From contig OZ024742.1 of the NCBI GenBank assembly GCA_964016885.1, positions 153,884,001 to 153,948,000 on the forward strand: DNA of 64,000 bases, in the 5' to 3' direction. Below are positions 41,501 through 56,182 of this stretch, one piece after another (positions within the stretch are counted from its first letter, which is position 1; every line of letters starts with the position of its first letter). This DNA is from Eledone cirrhosa. Lineage: Eukaryota. Under the pieces are notes generated by a model that saw only the letters and a program-made list of their open reading frames with translations, made no database searches and was not told the DNA's origin. The translations under genes were made by a program, and so were the position numbers.

Positions 41501-42534
41501 TGCGTGATTGCAACTGTAGTTTGCTTTTTGAATTAAAATATATCTGACATTTCAACAAAATCTTTTTAATTTTAATGTGCGGTATATTGTCTTTGAGGTG
41601 CTACAATACGTATACTGTTTATATTGTGAGACAATATTGAATAATTATTCATTTTAGACGGTTAAATCAATAAAATAACTGAATATTTTTAATTTACATA
41701 GCTGACACATCGTACAAGATATCTTTTCGCTTGAGAGTAATACTATTTTGAATGGTTTTGTTATTTTTAAGTATGGCAGTTGTAATGACAGCTATATTGC
41801 ATGGAACAGACAATAAATCTATAATTATCACTTAGTACGTATAATTGATGGTCATACTATAGTCAGTTTTGGCTTGATAGAATTTACTTTCTCTCAGGAG
41901 ATGAGTGTGTCAGTAGGCGTTCGAGTTAACATATAAATATTCGGTGGTCTGCATCAAATATTCAGATGCGTTATCTGTTCCCAGGGAGTCTAGTGGTCTA
42001 AAGAATTCCTGTCTTCCAACTGCTGTAAGGCATAAACTGCCACAAGTCACCGTTACAGAAACACCATCTCCCACACTGATGTTCATGTCCAGGCTATCGA
42101 ACATCCGGGTTCAGAAAAAAGTGTTCTTCACTCTAGCACCTTTCCGACAAAGATCTGCTATACAACTCAACCCGGATCAACCAAGAGACATTTAGGGAAT
42201 GTAGTCATTCAGGCTCAGTGCCAGCGATAAAATCCATACTTTTGCTATGGTGTGATTGAGCAGATGTCGCTGCTTCTACTTCAACCCCAACCAAATTATA
42301 TTTATACTCACTTATATATATATCTTGAGTACGGTCATTCAGAGAGAAAGAGAAGACACGAAATAAAAGTGTTTGCGTGTCATTTAACCTAATTTTATAG
42401 TACTCGTTTTTAGATATTCTCATAGGAATGTCCGAAGCAACCATGGAGCATTTTCGATTTGGATTTTTTCCTAATGTCTCCTTTTTCGCGTTGAAACGTT
42501 TTCAGGAGTTCTGCGTAGAATCCCTTTGTTGTCT

Positions 42535-42619
<85 letters not shown>
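42535..42619. repeat. (GTA)n microsatellite
   Basis: Directly visible. Confidence 0.95.
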
Positions 42620-42657
42620 AAATAGTTTCTGATTTAAGCGCAAGTCCAACAATTTTC

Positions 42658-42782
42658 TTACTTTAATTTATCGACACCGTAAAGATGAAAGGCAAAAGTA
42701 CCTTCGGCAGGATTTCAACTCAGAAAATAAAGGGCCGTAATTCTATGCATCGAAGCATGGTGTCCGACGCTGTACCGATACC
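42658..42782 (-). mobile_element. SINE fragment
   Basis: Family head and core on minus. Confidence 0.75.
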
Positions 42783-43479
42783 AAAATAATAATTATTATT
42801 TCTTTATTTGTTAATAGAGGCGAAGCATAAAGGACAATACCAAAACAGGGACAGTGGGGATTTACAAAAGACGTGTAAGAAAGATGTTCCCAATATAAAG
42901 AGTACCACGTAGAAATATCATAGGAACCTGACAGATCCTAAACTACACTAATCTTCAAGAGAACCATCGGAGAGTGCCCTTCCCCTTTCGAAACTATCCA
43001 GCCTACAATCGCATAATCAGGTTTGGTCTATTCACACGGGCTATTCCCGCAGCATTCACTCGCCTTTTAAGAAATACACTGGTGGCTGCACTCCCTTCTA
43101 AGACTTTAATTTATATAAATATGAACGTTTATCAAACGCTGATTTTTAAAGGGTCCCTCTAAAATTAATAAATGTAATTATTGAGAAACTCAGTAGAATA
43201 TGTGACTAAGTAATTATTTTATTTTATATTTAATAACACATTTTACATTTAATTCCACATTTTTCTTTGTTTATGTACGCTTTGTGACTATTTACCTTTA
43301 TACCATGCAAGTATGCATGCATGTTTCAGTAGCTCCTGGGAGATTTGTCGGTGCGCCGTATTGATATACGGCGTTTCTAAGCCCTTACCTTTAAAAACCT
43401 GGCAGACCCCATCTCTTCTCCTTATCTGAATACACCCGATTTCTTCTAGAGAAGGACACAGAGTGAATTTAAGAATGTA

Positions 43480-43675
43480 AATGCAAATGAGAAACATATA
43501 TAGAGGAGAAATTGGCCCGAATATCACACTGGTACTTTATTTATCGATCTTGAATGGATGAAAGGCAACGTAGACCGCAGCGGGAGTTTTACTCATGGAG
43601 CGAAGAACAACAACACATACAATAAAACACTCTACCCGACATTCTAACAAATCTGTCAATTCACTACCTTCATGC
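43480..43675 (-). mobile_element. Older SINE copy
   Basis: CTGGTACTTTATTTATCGATC..GGATGAAAGGCAAC core. Confidence 0.6.
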
Positions 43676-46600
43676 AAGTAAATACATTGGAATATATTAT
43701 TATATTTTGGATACCTTATTAATTGTTAACATAAGAAATATTACTGTCAATGCATTGCTTTTTCTGCTTTGTTGTGCTTTCATTGAGTAACGTGTAAAAC
43801 GATTGAATTTAAACATGGCTTGAAATAAGGAGCTCACGATCTAATTTTCTATAGCCCTGAACAGAACTATATTTATTGGTAATACTTTCTTACACCTTGA
43901 TAATTTGTATCACTTTTAATAATATTTATAGTTCAAACTATTACTTTTACTCATGAAATAAATTTAAATTGAATAAACGGAATTCATCCGAAGTGAAAAC
44001 GGAAGAAGCGGAATTTACCGAGAGTTAAAACGAAATTAAGGAACATTTCAAACGAAAAATGTGTCTCTACATATTGAACTAATTCACATATCCCACTTAT
44101 TATCATATTTCTATTTATTCTGATGAAAAACAATAAATTGCAGCCTATCTGCTATATTGTGGATTAGTATCATTACTTTTAGTAATTACATCCCCTCTCC
44201 CCATTTCATTTGGACCGCTGATGAAATGTCTATTCTGAATTCTTGAGTTAGGAACTCCTGGTATGTTCCATTCTTCTTTGCTGTAAAACAGATAAAGTCA
44301 TTTCCTTCAAAGGACAACACGTTAAAATCATCACATCCAGCAATTCGTTGAAATATACGAATTTTCTGACGATTTTGCTAGACGTGAGGGACTTTCCATG
44401 ATTAGTGATGCAGTTGATTGATCAATGGAACAACCTGCTTGTGAAATTAAGGTGAAAGTGGCTTAATATTCGATAGACACATTTACTCTTAACCTAGTTA
44501 TCAAAGAAATTCGGAATGATCGAATTAAGGCATGGGTGGCCATTTGAATTAATATTAAAACTTATATTTGCTAGCCCGGTGGATTGGTTAAATGTGAAAT
44601 ATGGAACCAGGAATTGATCTCACAAGTGCATGTTCGTCTAGTCATGTGCTGTTATATTCTGCAAACTAAATATAACAGGTTGTGCTGTACTTGTGCAAGT
44701 AACTGTTCTGTATTTCCCTCTATTCAGTCATCATCTCTTTATTGGTTTCATTACATTTATGTATATCATCATGGCTTCTACACAGTTATTCTATAGACGA
44801 GAGGTTGTGACAGACTATTCTATTTTACAGTCTTATAACTGTATACGCTGTTTTGAAAGGACATTTTAGAATATCTCTATTTAAATACATGTACCTATTG
44901 TACATTGCATGTTTGAAGAAATCAAACTTGAATATAATTACGAATGGGAGTTTGGATTAAATAACTTATGTCGATGTGCATGCATATTAAGAATTATGGC
45001 CACTAAAATGTATAAGTACATAATATATTTAGACAAGGCCTATTACCTACACATTTGTAAAGATTAAATGCAAAATGTTAACGTTAGGCTTTTCCCAAGG
45101 CAATAAGAACGAAAATGGAAACAATAAATATAGAGGAAATATTGATTCAACAAGTGTATTTTTTATATATCTATAACGAGGAATAGCACAGGGTAATTGA
45201 TACCTAATTATTACAGTATGTTACCTTTTGAATCAATTAATATATATCCGCAATAGGATGTAGGGAATTTTCTCTGTGATCTTATATAGTAATATTATAA
45301 TATGAAACAAGTGCTATTTTGTCAGCTGAGGCAAACATCATATCTATTCCGGATCAGCGAAAGAAGTACCAGAAGAGAATTGCGTGAATAACATTTGAGG
45401 CTTCGCAAATTTATTATCGGCGTGTCGAATGTAAATTGTGATGAAGTTGAAGTGATATGTAATGATTTTAAGAGTGTATCATGAAAGTCAGTTCAATGTA
45501 AATATAATGGTGGAACAAGAGAAAAGTAAGAATGAAATTTAAAAAATAGCTGTTATCTGATATAACATACTATTTCGAGGCTAGAACAGGTTTATCATAT
45601 GAAGAAAAACCGGAGTATCCTGTTACTACCAACTATTCTCTGCTTGTGACAGCGTGACTGCATGCGCAGACAGGTCACAATAGCCATCAAACTATTGTGA
45701 TGTGTCAAAACCACGAGATTATTGTGTTTACATTAACTTAAAAGTGCAGTAATCTAGTGGATTTTATTTTTCTGTTAAGTTTATATTACTAATACCCTCA
45801 GGCCACTTCACTAATATTTCCATTTCCATTTGAGTGCCTTCATTTAGGTGAGGAAATTATAACTTGCCTTTTATACTATCATTAGCGCAACCCAACTGGC
45901 AACAATGCTCAGCAATGAGCAGAAAATATGCCATCGACTGATAATTCTTGAATCAATCATATATCATATTATATGGTGGTGGATTGGTAACATGTTTAGG
46001 GTCTCAGCCGAAATAAATTGTGGCATCTCTTTCGGCTCTATACGATCTATGTTCAAATCTCACCGATGTCATATTAGACATTCACCTTTCCGAGGTCGAG
46101 AGCGTACCAGTCATATATTGAGGTGATTTAATAATCTTTGCCCTTCTGCCAATAACTTACTAACATGATTCAATACGGCAAATTATAATATTTTTTTTAG
46201 TATTACTGACAAATAATTAAATCTGTGCAGCAGCATGTGAAGATTTGTGGTCGCATATTCCATCTCGAACATATACTACTAATTGTTCTATATTTAATAG
46301 ACTTGTGAGGAAGCGATCCACGTTGTATGCTCAATTTGCATCCGGCTCCATACTGTATGCACTAGGGAAAATCTTCCACATCTATACATTTCCCTGCTAT
46401 AATACATATATATAATACATATATGTCAAGTGCCTTTACATCCAACAAGACCAACGTTCAGAATCATATGAAGATTTTGTGATCGAATATTCCATCACGA
46501 ATATATACTTATAAGCATGTGCTTCAGATATGCCATGGCTGAGTGTAGGTAACATCAGCATTTGGAATGGATGTTTATTAATTATACACTACCAAGGTTG

Positions 46601-47619
46601 CTTAAAATGATTAAATAATGAACACTGAAGATTCATATATGTAGATATGTATACTAACTGTGTTGAAATACGATGAAAAAGTAAAACGTTTTTCATTTAG
46701 CAATTAACACATTCTGTGGAGGCTCACAGACGAGAATGGAGTAATGAATTAAATAAAGATAATTTCATAAAAACTATATATATAGAAAACTTGCTCTAGA
46801 GAGATCTTGTTTTAAACATCCCTAACTTTATGTAATTTTACTTTTAAAGAAAGAATGTAATTAATAAAGAATGATATTCAATATAGAAATAATTATAAAT
46901 TTGATAGATATACTTGAAACTAAGTATATAAAGAATGAAAGAAAAATATGTAATATAAGACATCTGAGGCAATATTAATTATCTTTTATTACTGTCAAAT
47001 ATTTTTCATTTAGATATTTCGATTATTTTCGGTACTTATTAATTTATACGTTAATCAGTTCAAAACTTCATACCTAAATATTTTCCTATTAACGATGTTG
47101 TCGATGAAATGTTTAATTACATTCGAAGATAGCTTCACTGAATATCAATATAAGTTTTACGTTTTTAGAATATATTTCTGTCTAATGAAAACTTAAATTT
47201 TCTATGCAATGTTTGTGAGAATACGTGCTAGCTCTGAGATGATTTGTTTCAGCATAATATAAACTGTATTTATTTTTAACGTTGAACTTTATAGATATAA
47301 GGACTGTGCTGCGTACGTATTTGGCACATATGTGCTTACTGGTGAGATTATTGCAGTGAAAAGGTATAGATGTGGAAGTGTTTCCCTAGCGCATACATTA
47401 TGGAGTTGGATGCAAAGAAGGCAGAACATATGGATTAATTCCTTACGAGACTTTTACTTCTAGAACCATTATTGATTTGTAGTGAAGGTAAATGAAATTT
47501 CAAAAAGATAGGAAACAAAAGTTGGGTCAGGGACAAAAGGTATCTGCTACATTTTGTTATACGAAAGATCGTGTGAGTTGTGCTATATACAGAATCACTT
47601 TTTGCTCACTGGATTGAAG

Positions 47620-48200
47620 AGACCTGGTTTGGATTTTAAACTGATCTCCCTTTTTTTTTATTATCGAAAGCAGAAGCTGGAACATTGCTGCACAGCTTCT
47701 AGTATCCTTACATTTTATTCAGCCTCCTAGCTTCCATCTCTCATGAACAGGCCCCGAGATATCTGAACTTTTCCATCTTCTTCAGTGGAACTCCACTAAC
47801 TCGTAGAGTTAATTGCGCAAGCTTCCTTAAGAAGCTGTCCATCGATACCATAGTCCTATATAACCTTCCACAGCAGGTCCTCTGTAACGCTGTCGTATGC
47901 TTTCTCGAGGTCTAAGAAGCAAGCCTACACCTCTTGCTAATATTCTCACGATTTCTCAAATATTTGCAGCAGTGTGTATATTGGTCAGCTGGGCTGCGTC
48001 CGGGGAGAAAACAACACGGTTTACGTGCTAACTTGGTCTCAACATTATATCTACATTTCTGCCAGACAATTAGCATAGACTTTATCGGGATGCATAAATA
48101 TGTGCAATTTCTCTTCTGTTTTTGAAAATTGAGATTATCAATCCAGATTTCCATTGCTCATGCGTCTTTCCAGAGATGCTGGCCACCCGGTACATACAAG
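47620..48200 (-). mobile_element. RTE-clade LINE RT relic
   Basis: Minus: PGRSPADQ, LLQIFEKS, ACFLDLEKAYDSV, EKFRYLG. Confidence 0.75.
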
Positions 48201-48294
48201 TCTGCCACAGAAAAATAACTAGAATACCAATATGAGAAATTATATTGATATTAGCATTATATGCCTATGAAAATTGTAGCAAATGATAAAAATA

Positions 48295-48822
<528 letters not shown>

Positions 48823-51061
48823 AAAAATATTTGATTTTATAATACAAAATTTCTCTTTATTACGAGATTGCAAGTTTTGAATGAAGACACCCTATTACGT
48901 TGGTGCTTTTGTTATGCCATTTCCATATGCAATTTCCATAAATGAATTATTACCACTATTGGACTTTAATTCTTTTGCTAATTTTGCAGTTCCTCTTTGG
49001 GATTTTACATTCAGTGCGCTATTATGGCACGAATGATTATGGTTTAAATTACTTTAAGCAAATAAATTGTATAATACAAAAATAAAAAACATAATTATAC
49101 ATAAGAAAAGCAAATTTGAAAAATCCGGTGAGATATTAAACAACATTGCCTTTTTTATGCATATATGTGTTTTCTTGATCTTAATTAAATAGCAGTGAAT
49201 TTGCATCAAATAACACATTTCGATATATATAAAATAAAATAAAACCCACACACATTAGATAACATATCCCTGGCGTCTTATACGTATTAAAAATAAAGGT
49301 TTGCTTACGACTGAAATTATTTTAATCACATGTGTGCTTCTTCATATTAGATCAACAACTAAACAAAAATAAGCACAACAATGACTCAAATTACCAAACA
49401 CAATGAGCTGCAAATATGCTAGAATCAGTGGACAAATACTTTACGGGCCAGAAATAAGTATCGTGGCAAAATATGGACACATTATACACATTGCAGATAT
49501 ATGAAATAGAGTTTATCAGACTAAAGAGGCTTTATTCAAAGGACATGGTTATAATAATTAGAAAACTGTTTCAACTATAAACGTTGGTATGTGACCATTT
49601 AAAATAAATGAGTTTCCTGAAGAGAAATGGAACTTTGTCACTCATGAACGGCTAAATACGATAAATAGCCCTACTTAGTTCCTTACTCTTAAGCGTATTT
49701 ATAAGAATTCCTCAACAGTGGTATATTAATTGACATAAAAAATCGAGATGTAATAAATCTATAACGACCCCCGATGAATCAATGACAACGCAGGTGTTGA
49801 TGCAATCTGAAATCATATAGTCATCCTGCTTAGAATTCTAATGTTTTGTTAGTGTATTTTCTAATTAATGTTGAAACATTACTTAGCCTAAATAAACAGA
49901 GCAGAAGGAACATATTTATTTCATCAAACATTTTATCGTTAACTTATTAAATCGAAATCTATTGATAACAAGTTTTAACACATAATTTAAGTAAACGTTC
50001 TAAAGTAATTTATAAAATTAAAACCATATTAAGTAATTAGAAATAATAAAAACCGAAATACGTCAGCGAAAACATTACTAATTTTATCAAATATGGAGAT
50101 GCAACAAACATACAAATCTTTAATTTCTTTAAAAGGCTATAGCACATTACAGCATATAATTAACTGAAAGTGTGTGTATGAATCTATGCATGCTAAGAGT
50201 AGAAGGGTATCTGTAAGATGTTGGGAATATCATTGTCAATGACTGCATGAAAGAGAAATGGTTCAATCCAGGCTTGATGATTTCAGAAAATTAATATTAT
50301 TTCGTCCGTTTATTTGCATTATCACGCATAAGCTTTCTCTTTAATTGTCAATAACAAATCCTTAAAGTTTGAAAAGAATGCTACAATAAGTAGTCGAATA
50401 TGTTATCGGACCGATGTATCAAATTTAGTTATAAAACAGATAACATTATGATAAAGCATTTTCGAAAAACACGAAGACGTGATTCTCTCTGAGGAATGGC
50501 ATCTATGTATATATATGCAGAAACATGACAACAACATACATAGGTGAGCCAGCTCGTAGCATAGGTGAAAGGATAGACCAACACTGGGGGGAACTAAAGG
50601 GACGAAAAAACGGGTCAGTACTATAGGAACATGCTAGACAACAACATGACGGTAACACAGACAACATAGAGATTAGAATAATATCTAAACATATAAATGA
50701 CCCAGCAGATAGGTAAATCAGAGAGGCCAGTGAAATAGAAATTAGAAGACCAAGGCTAAACAGAAAGAATGAATGGAATAACAACAACACCCAAACAAAC
50801 AACACTGACCTAAGAGAAGTATAAATAAGTAAATAAAATAAAATAAATAAATAAATAAATACATACACAAGCACAATAACAACAAGCACATAAACACACA
50901 CTAGTCACCCATCACACAGCAAACAAAACACTATACACACACGCACACGCATGCGCAAAGAAGACAAAATAAAATAAACAAACAAGCAAATAAACAAATA
51001 AATATATAGACAGACTGAATAAAAATGGCGTAGACATACAATACAACAGGAGGAAGATATA

Positions 51062-51107
51062 ACACCGCTGACGATTTTGCATATGTGCAACGAAAGATTT
51101 ATGATAA
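51062..51107 (+). ncRNA. Minimal HHR variant in upstream pLTR of family B
   Basis: CTGACGA-T-TTTGCA-TATG-TGCAAC-GAAA-GATT-TA; weak stem I. Confidence 0.5.
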
Positions 51108-51288
51108 ACTATATATATGTGTTTGTGTCTATATTGTATCTGTATTATTTTTGACCGTCGGTCAGTCAATGGCAACTTTGAGGACCGAGTAAGTTAGATT
51201 ACCAATATAAAAGACACAGAAGCGAGAAGCGAAAACCAACCAAGCAGTGAGTGTGTTCTGTTATTAATTCTGGCAATATTACACAAAT

Positions 51289-54200
51289 ATGACCCTCCCC
51301 AAGTATAACAATATTTGTTTCGACACACGATTTCATATAAAAAACCTCACCAAACTAATTCATCGCCGCTATGGCATTAGCTTGTGCCAAGCTGAAAGGT
51401 TATTGAAAGACACTGTTTTCTGTTATATAAAAACTACAATAACAACAGAACAAATCCGCTTCTTAAAACACTGTGTTTCCACAAAACATACACAACAAAC
51501 ATATCAAAACAAGTAAATAATTCATTATTGAAAAAAACACGAGCGGAACGACTAAAACACACGATAACAGTTAATATGAAAAGAACAACATACACAAACG
51601 TCAACGCACTTTACAGACAGAAACGCATTAACGGTAAGGAAATCCGAAATCTCATCACAGCAAACGAGAGAGATAACTTCATGAGCGTCATCCGACGTGA
51701 AACGAATTACGCTCGAAACGAATGCAATAGGCATTTGAATAAGAAATTAGAATCGATGAATAAGAAAAAACTACAAGAAAGGAAAATCGAATATTCACAA
51801 AAATACCCAGATAACATCAACAATATCCGTATGACTGATGTAAAACTGCCGGAAGAATTTACCAATGACCACACAGTAAATATCTATGGGAACACTTTAA
51901 TCAGTGAACAAGAACAACAAATCCTGCGGCTACCACCAAAATTTGCCATCTACAAAAAGATTAACTCTATGGAGTGCAAAACGAAGCTGGAAAAGTGTTT
52001 CACAAAAATACATTGGAATGCAAAGGTAAACAACAACAACAATAATAACGGTAGTAGTAATATAAACAATAACTCTGAGTATAGAAATAACAGCCATAAC
52101 TATAACAATAGCAGGAAAGTAAGAAATAGTGAATGGTAATAATACTAGCGATAGACAGAACAACGACAACCACAATAATAATAATATTAGAAACGTTAAC
52201 CACAGACACAGCAGCAGCGACCACAGTAGTAATAACGGTAACAATACGAACAACAACAACAATAACGACAGTGGTAATAATGGAAATAGTACATGTAGCA
52301 ACATCAATGATAGACACAACAAAAACAAGAAACATAATAAAAGTAACAACCACAATGGTAGAAATAACAGTAACAACAACAACAATAACGGTGAAGTAAA
52401 CAACAATAGATCTAGCAATCATAACAATAATAATAATGCTAATGATAGAAACAACAACAACCACCATGATAACAATAATAGCAACACACACAACTATGAC
52501 GATAGATATAATGACAACCCCTTAGAGAAACTATTTTTCAACCCAGCTGATAAAACATATAAGATGGGTAATATCTATCCTACGAGGTTACAATTTAATA
52601 AAAGAGTTTACATACCACAACAAATAGATGACGAGACGGAGGCACAGTTCACCATAGCTAGAAATAAGATTAGACAAATAGTAGAAAGGTATACATAAGA
52701 GACAGAGCAGACCAGAGGCCCAACAACCTGGGAGGAAACCTGTAGAAGGCTTGGTTAGCCTCAAGCAGCGCACAAGGGATGGTGAGGTAGTATGTCTACC
52801 CACGGATAAGTCTGGTAGGATGTCAATAGATAGCATGCCGAACTACATCGAGGCTATGCAACCCCACATCACCAATACGAGCGAAATTCAACAACAAACA
52901 CACGATGGGAGAGAGAAAATCCTAAATGCTCAGATGATGATATGGACTGACATCCTAAAGCCAAGCAGACGCACTGCCAACAACTTCCAGGCGTCTAACA
53001 ATGGCATACCACCGGTGTATGGGTTCCGCAAAGACCACAAGACAGTCGACGACCCGACAACAGGATCACCAACAAGACCCGTATGCGGAGCTAATATAGC
53101 TAGCAACTACAGGATCTCCTACTTCCTCTCAATGGTAATACGCCCCATAATGAAGATGTCCCCAGATGTATGTGACAGTACAGAGGACCTCCTCAGCAGA
53201 ATCAGTGAGTGCAAGAAAAACAGGAGCCTATCCAACTGCATAATAGGCAGCATGGATGTGGTGTCATTGTACCCATCCATTAACATTGATTTTGCCGTGA
53301 AAAGATGTGTAGAGATGATCATTGAGAGTGAAGTGGAGTTCTGCGACGTCGACACAGACGAACTGGGCCTCCTACATAGACTTACCTACGACACTGACTA
53401 CCTAGACAGCCATGACCTTAGATGTTTCTGCCCTAGTAGACCCATAAGAGGTAGACCCCCACCAAAACCTCAATGGCAAAAAAGACTCCCATGGTAAGGT
53501 GGATTGGGTGGACCAAAGCTATAAGGACCCCCCAAAACAATGATCAGGTAAGAAAAATGGTCGCACATGCAATAGGTGCTAGTATCAAAACTACCCTAAA
53601 GGGCCACATATTTAAGTTCAACGAGAAGATCTACACCCAAAATGAGGGAGCAACCATCGGCGTCAGCATAGCTGGGGATGTTGCCAAACTGTTCATGGTA
53701 TGGTGGGAAAGGAGACTTAAATATCTCCTTAATGAGAGCTCCATAGACCTCATCATGTACTCTCGTTATGTAGACGATATCAATATAGTTATAAGAAAAC
53801 CCCCACCAGAGAGCACTAACAAGTTTGATTTAGAACGTAGCACGATGGAAAGCATCCAGCAGATAGCTAACTGTAACTATCGACTTCCCTTCCAAACACC
53901 CTAACAATAGACTACCGGTATTAGACACAGAACTCTGGATTAACACTATAGACGAGAGAGCCCAAATTCTCCACTCACAATATGCTAAACCCATGGCCTC
54001 CAAATACTTGATACTCAAAAACTCAGCAATGTCCAGTAGTGCTAAGTTTAATATTCTGATCGCAGATTTGGTACGAGTGATGAAGAATGTGTCCCGCATG
54101 TGCGACCCAACAGAAATGGAAAGACACATCCAACACTTCATCAACCGCATGCAATTCTCTGGCTACAACCAAAGAGACAGAGTCAGAGTATACGAAGGAG

Positions 54201-54900
54201 CCATGGACAAGTATAAGACCCTCATAGAACTGGACATGAAAGGAATTTGCCCATTATACAGGAGCAAATCATGGAATAGTTTAGATAGAGCTAGACATAA
54301 GATAGGGAAAGCCACCTCATGGTACGACAACCAGAGATACCAGAGTGTCATGTTTGTGGACGCCACGCCTGGAGAGAAATTAGCTAACCAGTGTAGAAAG
54401 GCCCTGAGAAAGACCCATTTAAAAATAAAGGTGGTAGAAAAGCCAGGAACCACCATAAAATCCCTGATCAGCAATACCTACCCTTTTAAGAAAACCACTG
54501 TACCAATAGGAAATGTATCATATGTAAGGTGAACGCCCGGATAAACTGTAAAACTAGAAACGTAGTCTATAGCATAAGATGTACAGAGGGTACTTGCAGA
54601 AACATGACAACAACATACATAGGTGAGACAGCTCGTAGCATAGGTGAAAGGATAGACCAACACTAGGGGGAACTAAAAGGACGAAAAAACAGGTCAGTAC
54701 TATACGAACATGCTAGACAACAACATGACGGTAACATAGACAACATAGAAATTAGAATAATATCTAAACATGTAAATGACCCAGCAGATAGGCAAATCAA
54801 AGAGGCCAGTGAAATAGAAATTAGTAGACCAAGGCTAAACAGAAAGAATGAATGGAATAACAACAACACCCAAACAAACAACACTGACCTAAGAGAAGTA
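51289..54900 (+). pseudogene. Disrupted PLE polyprotein (RT + GIY-YIG), family B
   Basis: MTLPKYNNI start, LPPKFA, PTDKSG, RKDHK..RPVCGA, GSMDVVSLYPSI, YSRYVDDINI, MQFSGY, PLYRSKSW, YIGETARS, LNRKNEW; several stops and frameshifts. Confidence 0.92.
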
Positions 54901-55140
54901 TAAATAAGTAAATAAAATAAAATAAATAAATAAATAAATACATACACAAGGACAATAACAACAAGCACATAAACACACACTAGTCACCCATCACACAGCA
55001 AACAAAACACTATACGCACACACAAACGCATGCGCAAAGAAGACAACATAAAATAAACAAACATGCAAATAAATAAATAAATATATAGACAGACTGAATA
55101 AAAATGGCGTAGACATACAATACAACAGGATGTATATATA

Positions 55141-55185
55141 ACACCACTGACGATGTTGCATATGTGCAACGAAAGATTTATGATA
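55141..55185 (+). ncRNA. Minimal HHR variant in downstream pLTR of family B
   Basis: CCA-CTGACGA-T-GTTGCA-TATG-TGCAAC-GAAA-GATT-TA-TGA; perfect 6-bp stem II, weak stem I. Confidence 0.62.
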
Positions 55186-55385
55186 AACTATATATATGTG
55201 TTTGTGTCTATATTGTATCTGTAATATTTTTGACCGTCGGTCAGTCAATGGCAACATTGAGGACCGAGTAAGTTAGATTACCGATATAAAAGACACAGAA
55301 GCGAGAAGCGAAAACCAACCAAACAGTGAGTGTGTTCTGTTATTAATTCTGGCAATATTACACAAATATGACCCTCCCCAAGTAT

Positions 55386-55429
<44 letters not shown>

Positions 55430-55799
55430 GTATTTATATATATCCATATATATTCCCATAGGAAAATCTGCTTCGTAGAATCAAGACGTATCTAAGTACC
55501 TTGCGATTTTCAGAGTTAGGTTCGATCATCTCATCGATCGTGCCTCGAGCTGGTCGCCAGAAAAAACGCGTGTCCAATACATTCCATTCATCGCAACACT
55601 GATTCCCCTTTTTTCTGATATCATACTCTGCTCTATGTGAGCATCGAGTGCTTAATCAGCCTACCGCATACGCACGCTTTAAGCATCCAACACCAATTAT
55701 ATAATGGTCTGTTGGAGATGCAGGATATGGCAGCGATAATGAGGGACAGAGACCGCTGGAGAGAACTCGTCCATGGATCTCGGGAATTTTACCCGCCTT

Positions 55800-55989
<190 letters not shown>

Positions 55990-56111
55990 GAGGTGAGTTT
56001 TATTGTAGTACAATAAAGCAATGCAGATATCGGATAAGAAGCACTCTACAGTTTGTAGGACTGGAGTATACATAATATATAAGATCAAAAGATGGTTAAA
56101 TGAGTTCCATG

Positions 56112-56182
56112 TATTTTATTATGCGCATTTCAAAAACAAATATCATCATGCAATAACATTTGTGTTTTCATCAGATAAAATA
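56112..56182 (-). ncRNA. Type I HHR (inverted copy)
   Basis: Reverse complement of 58428-58498 with intact core. Confidence 0.82.

Larger units (their letters stand above)
50516..55393 (+). mobile_element. Naiad-like PLE family B, full partial-tandem structure
   Basis: ~800-bp direct repeat at 50516-51314 and 54596-55393 (EN C-term + pLTR + ORF start) brackets the complete ORF; ends in (TA)n. Confidence 0.93.

Noticed and set aside
41905-42200. Possible Tc1/mariner transposase relic
   Set aside because: Only a vague resemblance; no TIRs or DDE motif seen.
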